From Phaeosaccion multiseriatum (Eukaryota; Protista; Ochrophyta, other classes): a stretch of DNA of 64,000 nt. The stretch covers positions 1,488,001 to 1,552,000 of the forward strand of contig OZ218961.1 in NCBI GenBank assembly GCA_965112735.1, read 5' to 3'. The position numbers and the translations under genes were made by a program. Below are positions 49,201-60,923 of this stretch, in pieces. Positions within the stretch are counted from its first letter, which is position 1. Every line of letters begins with the position of its first letter. The notes below the pieces were generated by a model. That model did not search any database. It was not told where the DNA came from and worked only from the letters and a program-made list of their open reading frames with translations.

Positions 49201-52200
49201 TTTGGTCTGAAGCTGCCCCTACGCATCCTCTACCCCTCTGCAGATTACTAAGCGGTGCCGCAGTCACTGATCCCCTTCCCTCCACCCAAACACTTTCGAT
49301 TCTGCTCATGTCTGACCCTGTCAGGCACCGAATCACGCCCGAGGGGGGTCACACGACAGGCACAAGTGACCAGGACTTTCTCGCAGGCCCAGCTTGACCC
49401 CTCCACACTTTTCCGACTCTTCTGGAGATGTCAGAAAGGTGTGAAGAGTATACTAGCAGTGCTGCGGAACCGTCCTTACTTGTCCCCGCGGCCTTTGAGG
49501 AGTCGAGAGGGAGTACAGGGGGCATCGGCAGCATCGCCGGACCCTCAGTACTCCTCACCGAACCCTCTAAAGACCTCGGGACGTCATAAACACTGTACCA
49601 GCAGCACTACCAGACTCTGCACACTCCTCCCCGACCCTCGAGAGGGCCTTCACCGCTTCAAAGGCTCCACACTCATTCCCCACAAACAACCCTCAGACGC
49701 GTTAAGCTCACCGTTGTCGTAGATCCATAGCACTCTCGCGTGCTTGGAACTTGAAGCACTCCAGCGTCGAATCAGCTCAAAAGGGTACGCCACCGACTCT
49801 GGCCTCGGCATGAACAGCTGGGCGAGCGGGAACCGATGAGAACAGAAGCATAAGAACAAGCCCGACGACATGTTGGCACAGCTGCTGCTGTTCTTGCAGC
49901 ACAAGCCGTCGTCCTTGTCCACTCCGGTCTTGTTTGAGGAAGGCCCGCGGTTCTCCTCATCCTGTGCGTAGGGTCGCCTCTCCGGTCTCTGCGGTACAAG
50001 AGACGAGAAAAAGGCCCAACAACACACAAAGGCGAGAGGACAAGTAGGCGAGTTCAGGGTTGAGCCAGAAGGGCGGGGGGAATGGTTCGAAGGCAGGAGT
50101 ACGGAGCGCATGGTTTTGGACATGAGAGAAAGGAGGTGGGTGGGTGGGGGGGGGGTAGCGGGGGGTAGCGGGAGGGGAAAGGGGGGCGGAAAGCTCAGCA
50201 AGGTCACAAAGCGGGGAAGCCATGATCGCATGCGGTGCTGTCCACTTACACTTTCGAAGGTCTGCGAGCAGCAGAATCCTTGTGCCCAGTCATCGTCCTT
50301 CGACACGACCTTCGTCTCCAAGGGGCGGTGCAGTCCCTTGTCCGCCTCGTCCATCTCCTTACACACGACTATGAAGCGGTTTCGCACCTCATTCCTACGC
50401 TGAACATTCCCCAGAAGGAAAGTGGGTGTCTTGTGCGCAAAACACTCCTCGTGCACGAAGTGGAGCCTTCCCTCTTCAATGGCCTTCTCGTGGCGCTCCC
50501 TCAGGAGCCTATACTCCATCACTGCCATGGCAAAAAGAGGGTAGTGCCTCCAGAGGCGAGTCAAGAGCTCCGGGGGGCACTCCTCCATGTCCTTCTCCAG
50601 CCAATCTGCAAGCCAAAGGTGTGTCCCGAAAATGTACCTGCCGGTGGGTGCACCGAGGCCCAGAGGAGGGACAGTTGCAGCTCAGTACAGACAAAAAAAC
50701 TGCACAGGCCGGAGCGACTTGTCCAGGCCTTCTCTGTCTCAAGGACGCACCTCTCTACCTCCTTCGAGTCCAGCACGTGCACATCGTCCTCGTGCCCCGC
50801 GTCTGGTGAGACTCCTTCGTCCTCGTCAAAAGGCCCCGTCAAAGCTGTTGAAAGTACGTCCTCCTCAACGCCTTCGACTCCTCCACTGAGCCCCGGGAGA
50901 ACGTCCGACGCTCCATCCGCCGCAAAGTTCCTGCACAAGTATCTCCAGAGGGGAGGGAACACTTCCGCAGTCGGGACTCCAACGGCGGGACTTTGAATGG
51001 GAAGGGATTGAGGGGGGCAGGGGGGATATCCAGGGGGGGGGGGCAGAGCGTTTGGACGATTGGAAGTGTAGGGTGCGGTGCAGAGTGAAAGAAGAGTTCA
51101 TGATGGTGGCCTTGCCTCACCTCACGGACTCGGCCTTGTAGCCCGCGAAAGCGTCAAACCACATCAAACAGTCCTTCACCCATTCCGGTACTTCACCGCC
51201 ATTTTGCAGCTCGGTAAGCTCCTCTCTTGTCAGCTGGGGACGATGCTTCCCCTCCTTGCCGCCACTCGTTTTCACTCGTGCATACCTCAGCAGGGCACTG
51301 CGTGTAGGCTGCTGACGAGAACCAAGCTCCGTGATATCCCCGAAGTGTAAGCGCTTCAGCGGGGGGAGGTCCTTTCTGACTGAGTTGGTCGGTTCAGCCA
51401 GATTCATCAACTTTCGTTGAAGGCCTGAATCAGTGAGTGCACATGTCGCAAGCATACAGAGGCATGGGTGTGGGACGAGGGACGACGGACGTGATGCATA
51501 CACGAAGTGACGTAGCGAAATCAAGGGGAGAAGGGGAAAGAAAGGGGGGGGGAGAAGAGGGCGGGGGGCATATACGGAGGGAGGATCGGATCGAGGGAGG
51601 CAAGGGGTAAGGCCCCTATGGGGAGGAAGGAATACATAGGAGAGCAGCTGATACCGCGAGAGAGTAGGAGGCAGTAGGAGGGGGCAGAGAAGAAGCAGGG
51701 GCGGTGTGTAGGCAGCGAGGGAGGACGCGAACGAGGTAGGCAGGAGGGTAGGGGGGTAGGGGCGGGGGCGGTGGACAGAGAGTGAAGAGGAGGGGGTACG
51801 CAGGGGGACGGGTGGGTGGGGGGGGGGGAGCGGTGGGCAGGGAGGGAAGGGGGGAAGAAGGGAGAACAGAGGCAGGCCAGGCGCGGGTGGGGGGGCGGGG
51901 GGAGGGAGGAAGGGAGAGAGGGATGGGAGGGATGGGAGGGATGGGAGGGATGGGAGGGAGGTAGGGAGGCTGCTCAACACTTACCCTCCATGAGACCGTC
52001 GACAACGAATGCCCACGGGTCCAGACCGCAAATAGGGCAACACGGCCAGGGGTCCAGGACGCCCTCCATATTGAGGAGGAAGGCCATGAGGCCCTGCCTG
52101 CCCCGCGCTCTCAGAGTCTCCGCAGGGATCGTGAGCACATCTGTCAAGCCAAGTCTAGATGCTCCGTCCACGCAGCATCCTGTCCAGTTGGCTGCTGTAG

Positions 52201-53686
52201 TACCGTTGCGTCGGATTTGGTCGAGAAAGTCGAAGCCAGCTTTGTAAGCCAAGACTGTGGTATACGTGCTCCGAAAGAGGGCATGGCTGGAGGTATCCGC
52301 CAGGGCGATGTGGCCGCACCTGGGGCATTGATAGTCCACGAGCACGAGGTAGTGCGGGAAGACCGCTTCCTGTGTCCAAAGACAAGGTTGACTGTGGATG
52401 GCAGTCATGCTCGAGCCACAGCTGGCGCATATCGAAAGTGCTTCAATCCGCTGTGGGTAGGGCTTGCCGTAAAAGTAGGCCTGCATCAGCTCCACTATCT
52501 CCGAGTTGCCCCCCTGTCGCCCTTACCATGCCACTTGACGTTGGTGCAGCGATATTGCGTCCCCATTTGTTATAGTCTCCACCATCTCTTGAATATTGCG
52601 CGTCGGCCTGTGGTGCGGCGTGTCCGAGTACTCGGGCGCCGCCGCTCTGGGTTCGTCCGAGTGTAACTCCTCCCAAGCGATGCCATACATGTCGTCGCCC
52701 CCCCCCCCCCCAAAGTCTCCTGCCCCATCGTACACGTCTTCACTCCCTACGTCTTGAAAGAAGCCGTCCTCCCCTTCCCCCCTGTCCCCACAGCCCCCGC
52801 CCCCTCCGGAGGTGGGAAGAAGGGCGTCCCGTGACACGAGATGCGCAGCAATCTCGCACTCCCCTTGCTGGCACTCCATGCCCAGCAGACTCAGACAAGT
52901 GCCACAGGCGGGACACAAATTGCGACTGCAGAGCTCGCCACAAAGTGACTGGAAAAGTAAACGACAGCGAGCGACAGGGGATTCAGGGGGGGGGGTGTGG
53001 AGGTCAAGTGAGACCAAATCGAAGCGAAAGCGAGCTGTGTCAGACTTTTCGTCAATAGCTCCACTCCCTACCCATCGTACCTTATGACCCACGCACTCCA
53101 AGCCTTCACGCACTGGTTCAGGAAGCTGTGCGCATCGCTCACTCCAGGAGGAAGATACGTCCCACAAGAGGGTGCTCTCGGGGAGGGGTGAAGAGAGCAG
53201 TGAGGAGGCGAGGAACTTGGCGCAACAACTCTCGGCACTGTCGATTCTTACAGCAGGGGCGGTCTCCTGGATGGACAATGAGTGCCGGCGACGGAAGGCA
53301 GTCTTGTGTGCACCGAGTCCGTGCAGCTCTCCACAGTGCAGATGGCATAACCGGTGCAAACATTCAGAGCTGCTTGGCAGCACGGAACCATTCCACCCCT
53401 CAATGCAGTTACCAGGATGAGGACACATACTGTTGAAGACCTTGCGTTGGCCCTCAAGTGTGATACCAGACAGGGACAGCTTCGCTTTCCGCAATGTTTC
53501 TAACAATGCCTGAAAGATCAGCCATTCCTCATCAATCGCTCGTTCGGCAAACGTGTACTCGAGGCCTACGGTACTCTCAACTGCAGCACACTCATCGTAC
53601 CGTCGCTGGAGTCTATCGCCCGAAGCGCTGAGGTCGTCGAAGAGCCCGAGCATATCTCCAGTACTCTCTGCACTCGCAACAGGCAT
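46213..53686 (-). CDS. KDZ/Zisupton-like transposase fused to C-terminal Ulp1/SENP (peptidase C48) domain; one in-frame stop, so possibly inactive
   Basis: Exons 53686-51985 (TAA at 52525-52523), 51424-51121, 50990-50751, 50637-50250, 49988-49712, 48239-48059, 47920-47851, 47759-47643, 47541-46524, 46445-46213. Cys clusters (CPACG, CASCG...CPRCG, CPICG), VVDG, GLFLCFCSH...M.RPES, IYDNVCKLHKY...R.P...FCLDRFHLPNHVAC, DTQAAEQNN; then WLNDEVIN, HFFNSHF, VPVNIHMHHWYL, YDS, QKNGYDCGVF. Confidence 0.82.
48616..49270. repeat. Diverged ~350-bp tandem duplication inside a transposase intron
   Basis: AAGTCACTGAATCA at 48616/48967 and TGACTTCACAGGT at 48743/49094 (both 351 apart), ACCATGGTGGAC and ACAAGGAAAC in both copies, ATCCTCTAC at 48870/49225. 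Confidence 0.8.
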
Positions 53687-53869
53687 GGTGACGTGTGTAA
53701 CTGTCTCTCACCTTGTTTCCCACCCTGAAAGGGCGCTGAAGTCTTAACGTTTGAGGACGTAAGAGCAGCCCAGTAGAGAGTGGGAAAGACAAGCAGAGGA
53801 GGGAAAAGGTCGTGTCATTACCACGCAGTGCGAAGAGGAGATCCCGAGAAGATCCAGTGTGCCCGTGCG

Positions 53870-54027
53870 GCTCGAATCCGCGTGTACGCCAGCCTGTCCC
53901 CTGCGCTCAGTCGTGGCTCCGACTCGAGACCACCCCTCGTGCTCTCGACACGAATAAGCCTTAGGTCATGTCGCGACCACATGCTGCTCTCGACACGAAA
54001 CCACACTCAAAACACCCTACCTAAATC
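53870..54027 (-). repeat. Right terminal inverted repeat
   Basis: Reverse complement reads GATTTAGGTAGGGTGTTTTGAGTGTGG...GCGGATTCGAGC. Confidence 0.95.
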
Positions 54028-54724
54028 GCTGGCCATAATCTGATCGCTCAACGTCCCAAAGAAACATCCCAACTTGGAAATCTCTCTGACGGTTTCGAGT
54101 TTTTGTGCCTTCGTAGTTGGGGCGTTTTGAGAATCGCAGGGCAGCAGTCGAACCAGAAGCGCTCAGCAGAGAGAAGCAGCGACACAGGAGCCTGCACGGA
54201 GCAGCCGGAGTGGCGCGAGCGTGGCGAAGGACAACGGAGGGGAGGGGGGCGGGAGACGGGAGAGGAGCGGGAGCCGGGGCTTTGCGGAAGGAAGACTAAA
54301 GGGTGAGGCAAAGGGGGCCGGGAACTCATTGAGGGGATGAGTGTGGCTCAGTGGTGGTACTCGTGAGAACCGTGAGAAAGAGACCCACAGTATCCCGGGC
54401 AGAAGCTGCGGTGCTTCGGTGCTTTGCACGAAAGGTGAGAGCTTACGTACTCTTGTTCCGCTGTCTTTCCCGGTGTCTGTGTAAGAGCGAGACGGAGAGT
54501 CCTGGTACCGGCATTGCTGTTACTGCCGCTGCTGCTCGCCTCTCCTTCTTGACTGGCATGGGCTATTGCTGCTGCTGTTGAATACATTCCTAGTGTAAGG
54601 CGTGGCTGGCGTTCGCTAACGTACTGCTGTTGCACTCTCCTCTTGTTTGTCGCTTGTCAGGGACGCTACGATACCACCAATGTTTGACTCCTTATAGCGT
54701 TGAAGATTTGACAAACAAGCTGCA

Positions 54725-57700
54725 ATGACGGTAACGTCGCACAGCACCGACGACCATGACTCCGGCGCGCACAACACCGTGGCGGTGCTTTTGGCCCCCT
54801 TCTTTGCCCTCGTGTTGGGGGCCGTCATACGGCAGGGCTTCCAGCATTTGCCCATCCCGTACACGGTGTTGCTTCTCGTGGCTGGGTCCGTCATGGGAGC
54901 GTGTATACGTGCGGGGTGGGGAGACGACGGCGAGCTGCTGGGCAGCTCCACGTCCATGATGGCGGGCATTGATCCGCATCTCATGCTGCACGTCTTCCTC
55001 CCTCCCCTCATCTTTGAGTCGGCCTTCTCCATCGAGCTCAATGTGTTCCAGAAAGTCAAGTATGGAGTGCTCTTTATGGCGGGGCCTGGTCTGCTCTTCT
55101 GCACATTCCTGGTGGGCTATGTCATCACTGGCATGTACAGGTACAATGGCGCAGACTTTGAAGAGTGCGACTCCGGGGAGTGGACTGCGTTGAGTGGGCT
55201 GCTGCTGGGCTGTATCCTCAGCGCTACAGATCCCGTCGCTGTGGTTGCCCTGCTGAAGGACCTGGGGGTGAAGGCGGATCTCTCTACTGCCATCGAGGGA
55301 GAGTCCTTGCTCAACGACGGAACGGCCGTGGTGATTTTCCTGACTCTCCTGGACGGGGTGGAGTCAGGGGCCGGCGTAGAGGACTCGACGGAGGTGTTGT
55401 GGAACTTTGTTATGATGAGTCTCGGGGGCGTGGCGCTTGGGGTGCTGTTTGGCGCGGGGAGTACGGCCTTCATTGGCCTCGTATTCAATGACGCCTTGGT
55501 AGAGATTACCATCACCATCGCCTCGGCCTACCTGACCTTCTTCGTGGCGGAGAATGTGGTGCGAGTGAGCGGCGTGCTGGCAGTGGTGGCACTCGGCCTG
55601 TACCTTGGCTCCGTGGGGAGAGTCAAAATCTCCCCGCAGGTGAACCACTTCCTGGAGGAGTTTTGGGAGCTCATGGCCTTCATCGGAAATACCTTGATCT
55701 TTGTCATTGCCGGGGTGGTCATCGCTTACGACCTTCCGGGCGCGACTTTGTTCGACTACGGCTTGCTCATTCTCTGCTACATTGTGTTGCTGCTGGCCAG
55801 AGTGGTGCTGTCGAGCAGTCAGTACCTGTGGGAGAAGCGCGTGCTCAAGAAAAAGGGCGTCTACTTCAAAGACAGCATTGTGTGCATGTGGGGCGGCCTG
55901 CGCGGGGCCGTTGGGCTGGCCTTGGCTCTGGTAGTGTTTGAGAGTGAAAAAGTGTGCTCCCCCATTGGAGACAAGATTCTCTTTCACACGGCGGGCATGG
56001 TGGTGCTCACCGTCGTTGTCAACGGGTCCTCCATGCGCTACCTGCTCCTCTTCCTGGGCTTTGACACGGTGCCCGCGTCCAAGCTGGTGGTGTTTGACCA
56101 GGCCGTTAAGATTATCAACGAGAGCGCCACCTTCCAGGAGGAAGTGCTCCGCCGCAATGCCCTCTTCGACTGCACCAACTGGAGCGTGGCGAGGGGCTTT
56201 TACCTCAAGCCCCCCAAGCAGAAGGTGGAGGCGGCGTCCGAGCTCAGGGACGGAGAAACGTACAACGAGCGGGACCTGCTCATCGCGGAGGCGCAGCGCC
56301 GCGTCCTCATGTCCTGCCGGAACAGCTACCAAAAGCAGTTCTCGCAGGGCATGATTGGTCACTCCGCGGTCAAGCACTTGTTGGAGGTGACGGAGGAGGC
56401 CATGGACAAGGGCTGCACCTTGGACGAGTGGGACTCGCAGCTGGTCAAGTGCCTCTACCCGCTCCACCTCAGCGGACTCGTAATTCGGTGGGAGAAGGAG
56501 GACATTCAGCGAAAGATGGTCCACAACTTTGTGCGATCGCCCATGTGGCTCCTTGTGGTGACAATCAGCTCCATCACCATGCTCGTCTTGACCTCCGCGG
56601 TGACCAATTCGGAGGGCCACATCGCGTTTTGGGTGGAATGCATCTTCGCCTTCATGACCTACGTGTTTGCCACGGAGATTTGCCTCGTCCGCCCCTGGGC
56701 CCAAAACGATCTTCACGCCTACCTCACTGATCTGCGCACCCTCGCAGACATGACCTTCGTGATGCTCAACCTCAACACCATCGGCAACGGCTACGTCATG
56801 ACCAACGTCAGCATCTTCTCCTGGGCCGTGAGAGGGGCGCGCTTCGTGGAGTGCGTCATTTACGGCACCCTCTTCCTCAGGCGCCGCGTCAAGAGCTCGG
56901 GCATGAAAATACACGTCGCGGCTGCCGGTCCAGACGCCGCCGACAGCGAAAAGTACGACGCCGTACTCAGGGCTCTCGCGCCTGCGCCGTCCGCAAGGGC
57001 CCCAGTGGCCCCGGCCAGCCCAGTGGGGAGTCCCACGGGGTCCGCCGGAGGAGGGGTCTCGCCACGGGGAAGCGCCAAGCAGACGGCAAAGTCCGTGCGT
57101 GCGCAGCTGAGCGGTAGAGCAGGCTACACAGCATACAGAAAGCGCAAGTTCAGCATCACGGAGGACCAGCTGGGAGAGGCCAGCCAGCGGGGGGAGGCGT
57201 GGAGCTGGGACAACTTCAACGCCATGCTCTCCCACAAGTACATGAACCTCCGTCGCGCGTTACTCTATCCCGTGCTGAGGAAGGGCTTCGACGTGACGAG
57301 CGGCTTCGTCAGGGCAAGGGAGGAGGCGCTGGAGCTTCTCAGCGACTTCCTGGAGGACGACCCCAGCCTCTTCAAGATCAAGAGACAGCTCGAGGAGGAC
57401 ATCACCTCCAAGCAGAAGCTGCTCTTCCGCCTGCAGAGAGCCTACCCGGACATTGCCTCGAGTATGACCACCACGCAGGCGGCGCAGGCCGTGCTCAACA
57501 AACAGCAGCACACGCTCAGCCACCTGTACCACGAGGGCATGCTGGACAAGGGCGAAGTGGACTCGCTCTTGACTGCGCTGCACACCAAGCAGAAGCAGCT
57601 GCGCTTCAACCCTCTGCAGCTTAACCCCCCCGACAAGAGCACGCTGCTCAAACAGGTTAGTGAATGACTTCCTTCGTGGGGGGGAGCCGCACAGGAAGGA

Positions 57701-58751
57701 GCAAGGACGCCGTTGGTTGTCGTTTGCTCGGCCAAGTTTCTGAGTACTTTGCGCGATTTTGCCTGAAGAACCCTTTTTGTTGTTGTCTCCCACACACCCG
57801 ACCACAACTACACACAGGTGCCTTGGATACAGGAGCTCGAAGGGCCGGGCTTCGAGGAGCTGCTGGACAAGTTCGAGCAGGTGCTGCTGCCGGGGGGCTC
57901 TGTGGTGGTGGAGCAGGGGAGCCTCAGTCAGGATGTGTACGTGCTGGTGAGAGGCATCGTCGAGATCGTACGGACGGACGAGGACGGAGACAAGATCGTT
58001 ATAGCGGAGCTGGGCATCGGCTCCTACTTTGGGGAGGTGTCCTGGGCCATGAACAGACCGGCCATGGCCAGTGTGGAGACGTCGTGCTCCTGCGTCATGT
58101 ACAAGATCAGCGGCACCATCCTCACAGTGTAAGTGGATGTAGTATGCGTATATATACGCATGCAGGGCCTCCTCCAGACCTTCCCCCCGGTCCTAACCCC
58201 ACGCCCCCCTCTCTCTCTCACACACACACAGACTTGTGGAGCACCACGCGGAGATGCGCAATTCGCTGTGGGCAGCGGCAGGCGCGCGTGTAGCGGAGGA
58301 CCTGCTGGCGGGGAGAGACGGCATGGAGTTCGATCTCGCTCGAGAGCAGCTCATGGCATACAAAGTCAGAGTGGCCGCCAAGTCGGATCAGAACGCCACG
58401 TTTGAGGGGCAAAGCGTCTTCCACCTCCGCCTCAAGCCAAACTCAGTCGTGGTGCTGCTCAGGGGGGAGGCCACCCGGCTCGGCAAGGATGTTAACGAGA
58501 CCTACCAGGGCCCCGCTGTCATCAAGGAGGACGGCAAGAAGAGGGAGCTGGTTGTGAGGCTGCCGGAGGGAGCCATCTACATGATAGACCCGCTAACCTT
58601 GGCCAGCAGCAAGGCCACGCCTCGCATCGGGCCTGACGCCAAGAGCAAATGGGGCAAAGTGCGGCAGCTAAAGCCCAACCTTACGCGTAGAAGGAGCTCT
58701 GGGTCCATCATGGAGGCGTCAGTGGAAGATGTAATAGGCCTGTATGACTGA
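54725..58751 (+). CDS. CPA1 Na+/H+ exchanger of SOS1/SLC9C type with voltage-sensor-like insert and cNMP-binding domain; exons 54725-57655, 57818-58128, 58232-58751
   Basis: FLPPLIFESAF, LSATDPVAVVALL, IEGESLLNDGTA, WGGLRGAVGLALAL; four-helix hydrophobic insert at about 56520-56890; VVEQG...VYVLVRGIVEI...LGIGSYFGE...ASVET (cNMP fold). Confidence 0.92.
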
Positions 58752-58868
58752 TACAGGCAGTCAGAAATAGACAGGCGGACGGGAGTGGGGGGGGGGGAGA
58801 AGGATAAAAGAGAGGAAGAGCGTCTAAAAGGAGGGTGCTGCAGGCAGCAATACCTCTGCGATAATTAA

Positions 58869-60711
58869 TTACATTCCTCTGAGCAGAGCGAGATTCACAG
58901 CTTCACGCTGCTCTTCGGTGAAGGCCTCCTGGCCGTGCTTGTCGAACGCGTTCAGCGCCTTTTCGGAGAGAAGCACAACGTTTTCCGGCGTGCAGGGCTC
59001 GCTCGCCTTCCACCTGGCCAGGCGACCGTTCATCGTGCCCTGTTTGATGTGGGACCCGTATATAGCGCAGCGGCTGCGCCAAGTCTGTCCATTGCAAGCA
59101 GGCAGGCGGGTCAGTTGCGCAAACGGGGTGTGCACGTATCAACGCACGCACGCACGCACGCACGTACTCCGCTCGCGCCGCCCGTCCTCACTCACCTGCG
59201 TAACGATGTAGTCAATCTCCTCTAGGTTTAGCTTGTTGTGCACGTCGAACAGCTCCCGCTCTCTGCGCAGGAGGCGCTGCTGCAGCCTCTGGCGGAGAGC
59301 CTTGCTCAGCTTCTCAGTCAGATTCGGAGTGAATGGCTTGTCTCCCAACTCGCAAAGCGTCCATGTTGCCAAGGCCTGGCCGAAGATGGCGGGGATGGTG
59401 CCCAAGACAGGAACCACGCGAAGCCGGAAGTGTTCCATCGCCCCGAAGCTCTCAGGGTCCTTGCTTTGCTCCTCAGACAGCTCCGTGAGATCGCTTACCG
59501 CCTTTTCGGAGCTAAAGAGGCACCTAATATGCTTGGGGTTCAGCCCACTGGGTGGTGGGCAGGTGGCAGAGGCGAAAGAAGCTCGTTTGGTGCTATATAC
59601 ATGCGTGTACATCCCAAGTGTCAACTAAACACTCACGCGTAATTTTTCCGAAAGATGTGCCTGAGCTTGGCCGCGAGTTTGTCCCTCGTGCAGTCCTCCA
59701 GGCTGGATATGCATAGTCTCGTGGGGTCGGACCTGCAGCCCGCCCCCAGGCTGGACACCACTGGGATACTCTGCTGCACGCAGTGGGCCAGCAGGGCCGC
59801 CTTGGTGGGCACGTCGTCAATGCAGTCCAGCACGTAGGCAGGCGAGCCTGGGGGTGTTGAAGGAGTGTGCGTGTAGAGGAGACAGCGGCAGTTCCCCTCA
59901 CGTCAGGCTTTGATCCCCCTCTTCGGATACAGTAATCACTTCTGCAAGCTGCTCGACCTCCCCTTCATGAGGTCAAGTACCTGATCCGCGTCTCACGCGC
60001 TGCCTTACCGGCAAGAAGCTCGGCGACGTTCTCTTGGTTGAGCAGAAAACACTGTGGGTCTATGATAGCATCGGGCACGATTGCCAGCAGGCGCTCGCGC
60101 AAGACGGTCGCTTTCGGTCGCCCAACGTCCTCCCATGTAGCCACTGCATGCCGGTTCAGAGAGCTGAGGGACACCTATAGATGAAGAGAAGGGGGTTGTC
60201 GGTAGACCCAGCGAAGTCGAGGGGTCAAATAGGCGCTTACGGAAAAAATAAACGCTTCCGTCCTGGCCCTCCTTACTTGGTCGAAGTCGATGACGCGAAG
60301 GCGCTTCACCCCAGACCGCACGAGCATGTGGGCAGCATGACTTCCCACTCCGCCGAGCCCCACCACCACCACAAAGCCATTCCGAATCTTCGCAAAGCCC
60401 TCTTCTCCGAAGAAGAACTCGTTTCGGCTGAAGAGCTCCTTCCGCAGCGAGTCTGGGATCTCGCGAGGCTCGCGAGGGCAAGCGGAGGGGGGCTGCTCGA
60501 GCTGGTTGTCTGCGCGACTCTCAGATCCTTCAGAGCCGATTGTCCCACGCGTGGACCACCCCTGCTGATCGCTCTCCCCCATATCGTCGGCGTCTTCCTT
60601 GGTCTCCTGCCGCTGCTGCTTCTTCTGTTGTCGAACCAGGTGTGCCAAAGCCACGGAGCTCGCGGCACCAAACGCGGCCCCACAGGCGAAGCCCACGGCA
60701 AGCCTCGCCAT
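58869..60711 (-). CDS. tRNA threonylcarbamoyladenosine dehydratase (TcdA/TCD1-2-like, ThiF family); 5 exons
   Basis: Exons 60711-60277, 60174-60009, 59847-59637, 59547-59196, 59084-58869. N-terminal hydrophobic anchor, VVVGLGGVGSHAA, IDFDQVSLSSLNRHA, LDCID, SSLGAG..SDPTR, FSSEK, VVPVLGTIPAIFG. Confidence 0.9.
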
Positions 60712-60923
60712 TGAAAGGCAGCGCCGACGACGGCCAACAATCTAGAGCATGAAGGGCTGAGGGCTTTTTTGTGGGCCTGGGAGCTAAATAAATCGCTATT
60801 GCGTGTCATCGGGTGCCATCCGATCTTGTCGACCCCCCCCCCGCACTGTTCGAGAACTTGAAACCACAGGAAATCACATAGCTCCGAGAAGGCCGAGAGG
60901 AAGAGGAGAATCACAGCTTAACC

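Larger units (their letters stand above)
44216..54027 (-). mobile_element. 9.8-kb TIR DNA transposon, KDZ (Kyakuja-Dileera-Zisupton)-like, carrying a Ulp1 protease domain
   Basis: TIRs 44216-44372 and 53870-54027 differ at about 6 positions; flanked by direct repeat GCTGGCC (44209-44215, 54028-54034); removing the element and one copy restores the host reading frame; internal transposase gene. Confidence 0.9.

Noticed and set aside
44217-54026. Alternative element ends: GG...CC with TA duplication, or blunt insertion in ATTT^AAAT
   Set aside because: Does not explain the flanking GCTGGCC repeat and leaves the upstream ATG out of frame with the host gene; the 7-bp TSD model explains both. Other copies would settle it.
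55364-57235. 623-aa antisense ORF
   Set aside because: Shadow frame of the GC3-rich exchanger exon; no motif recognised.
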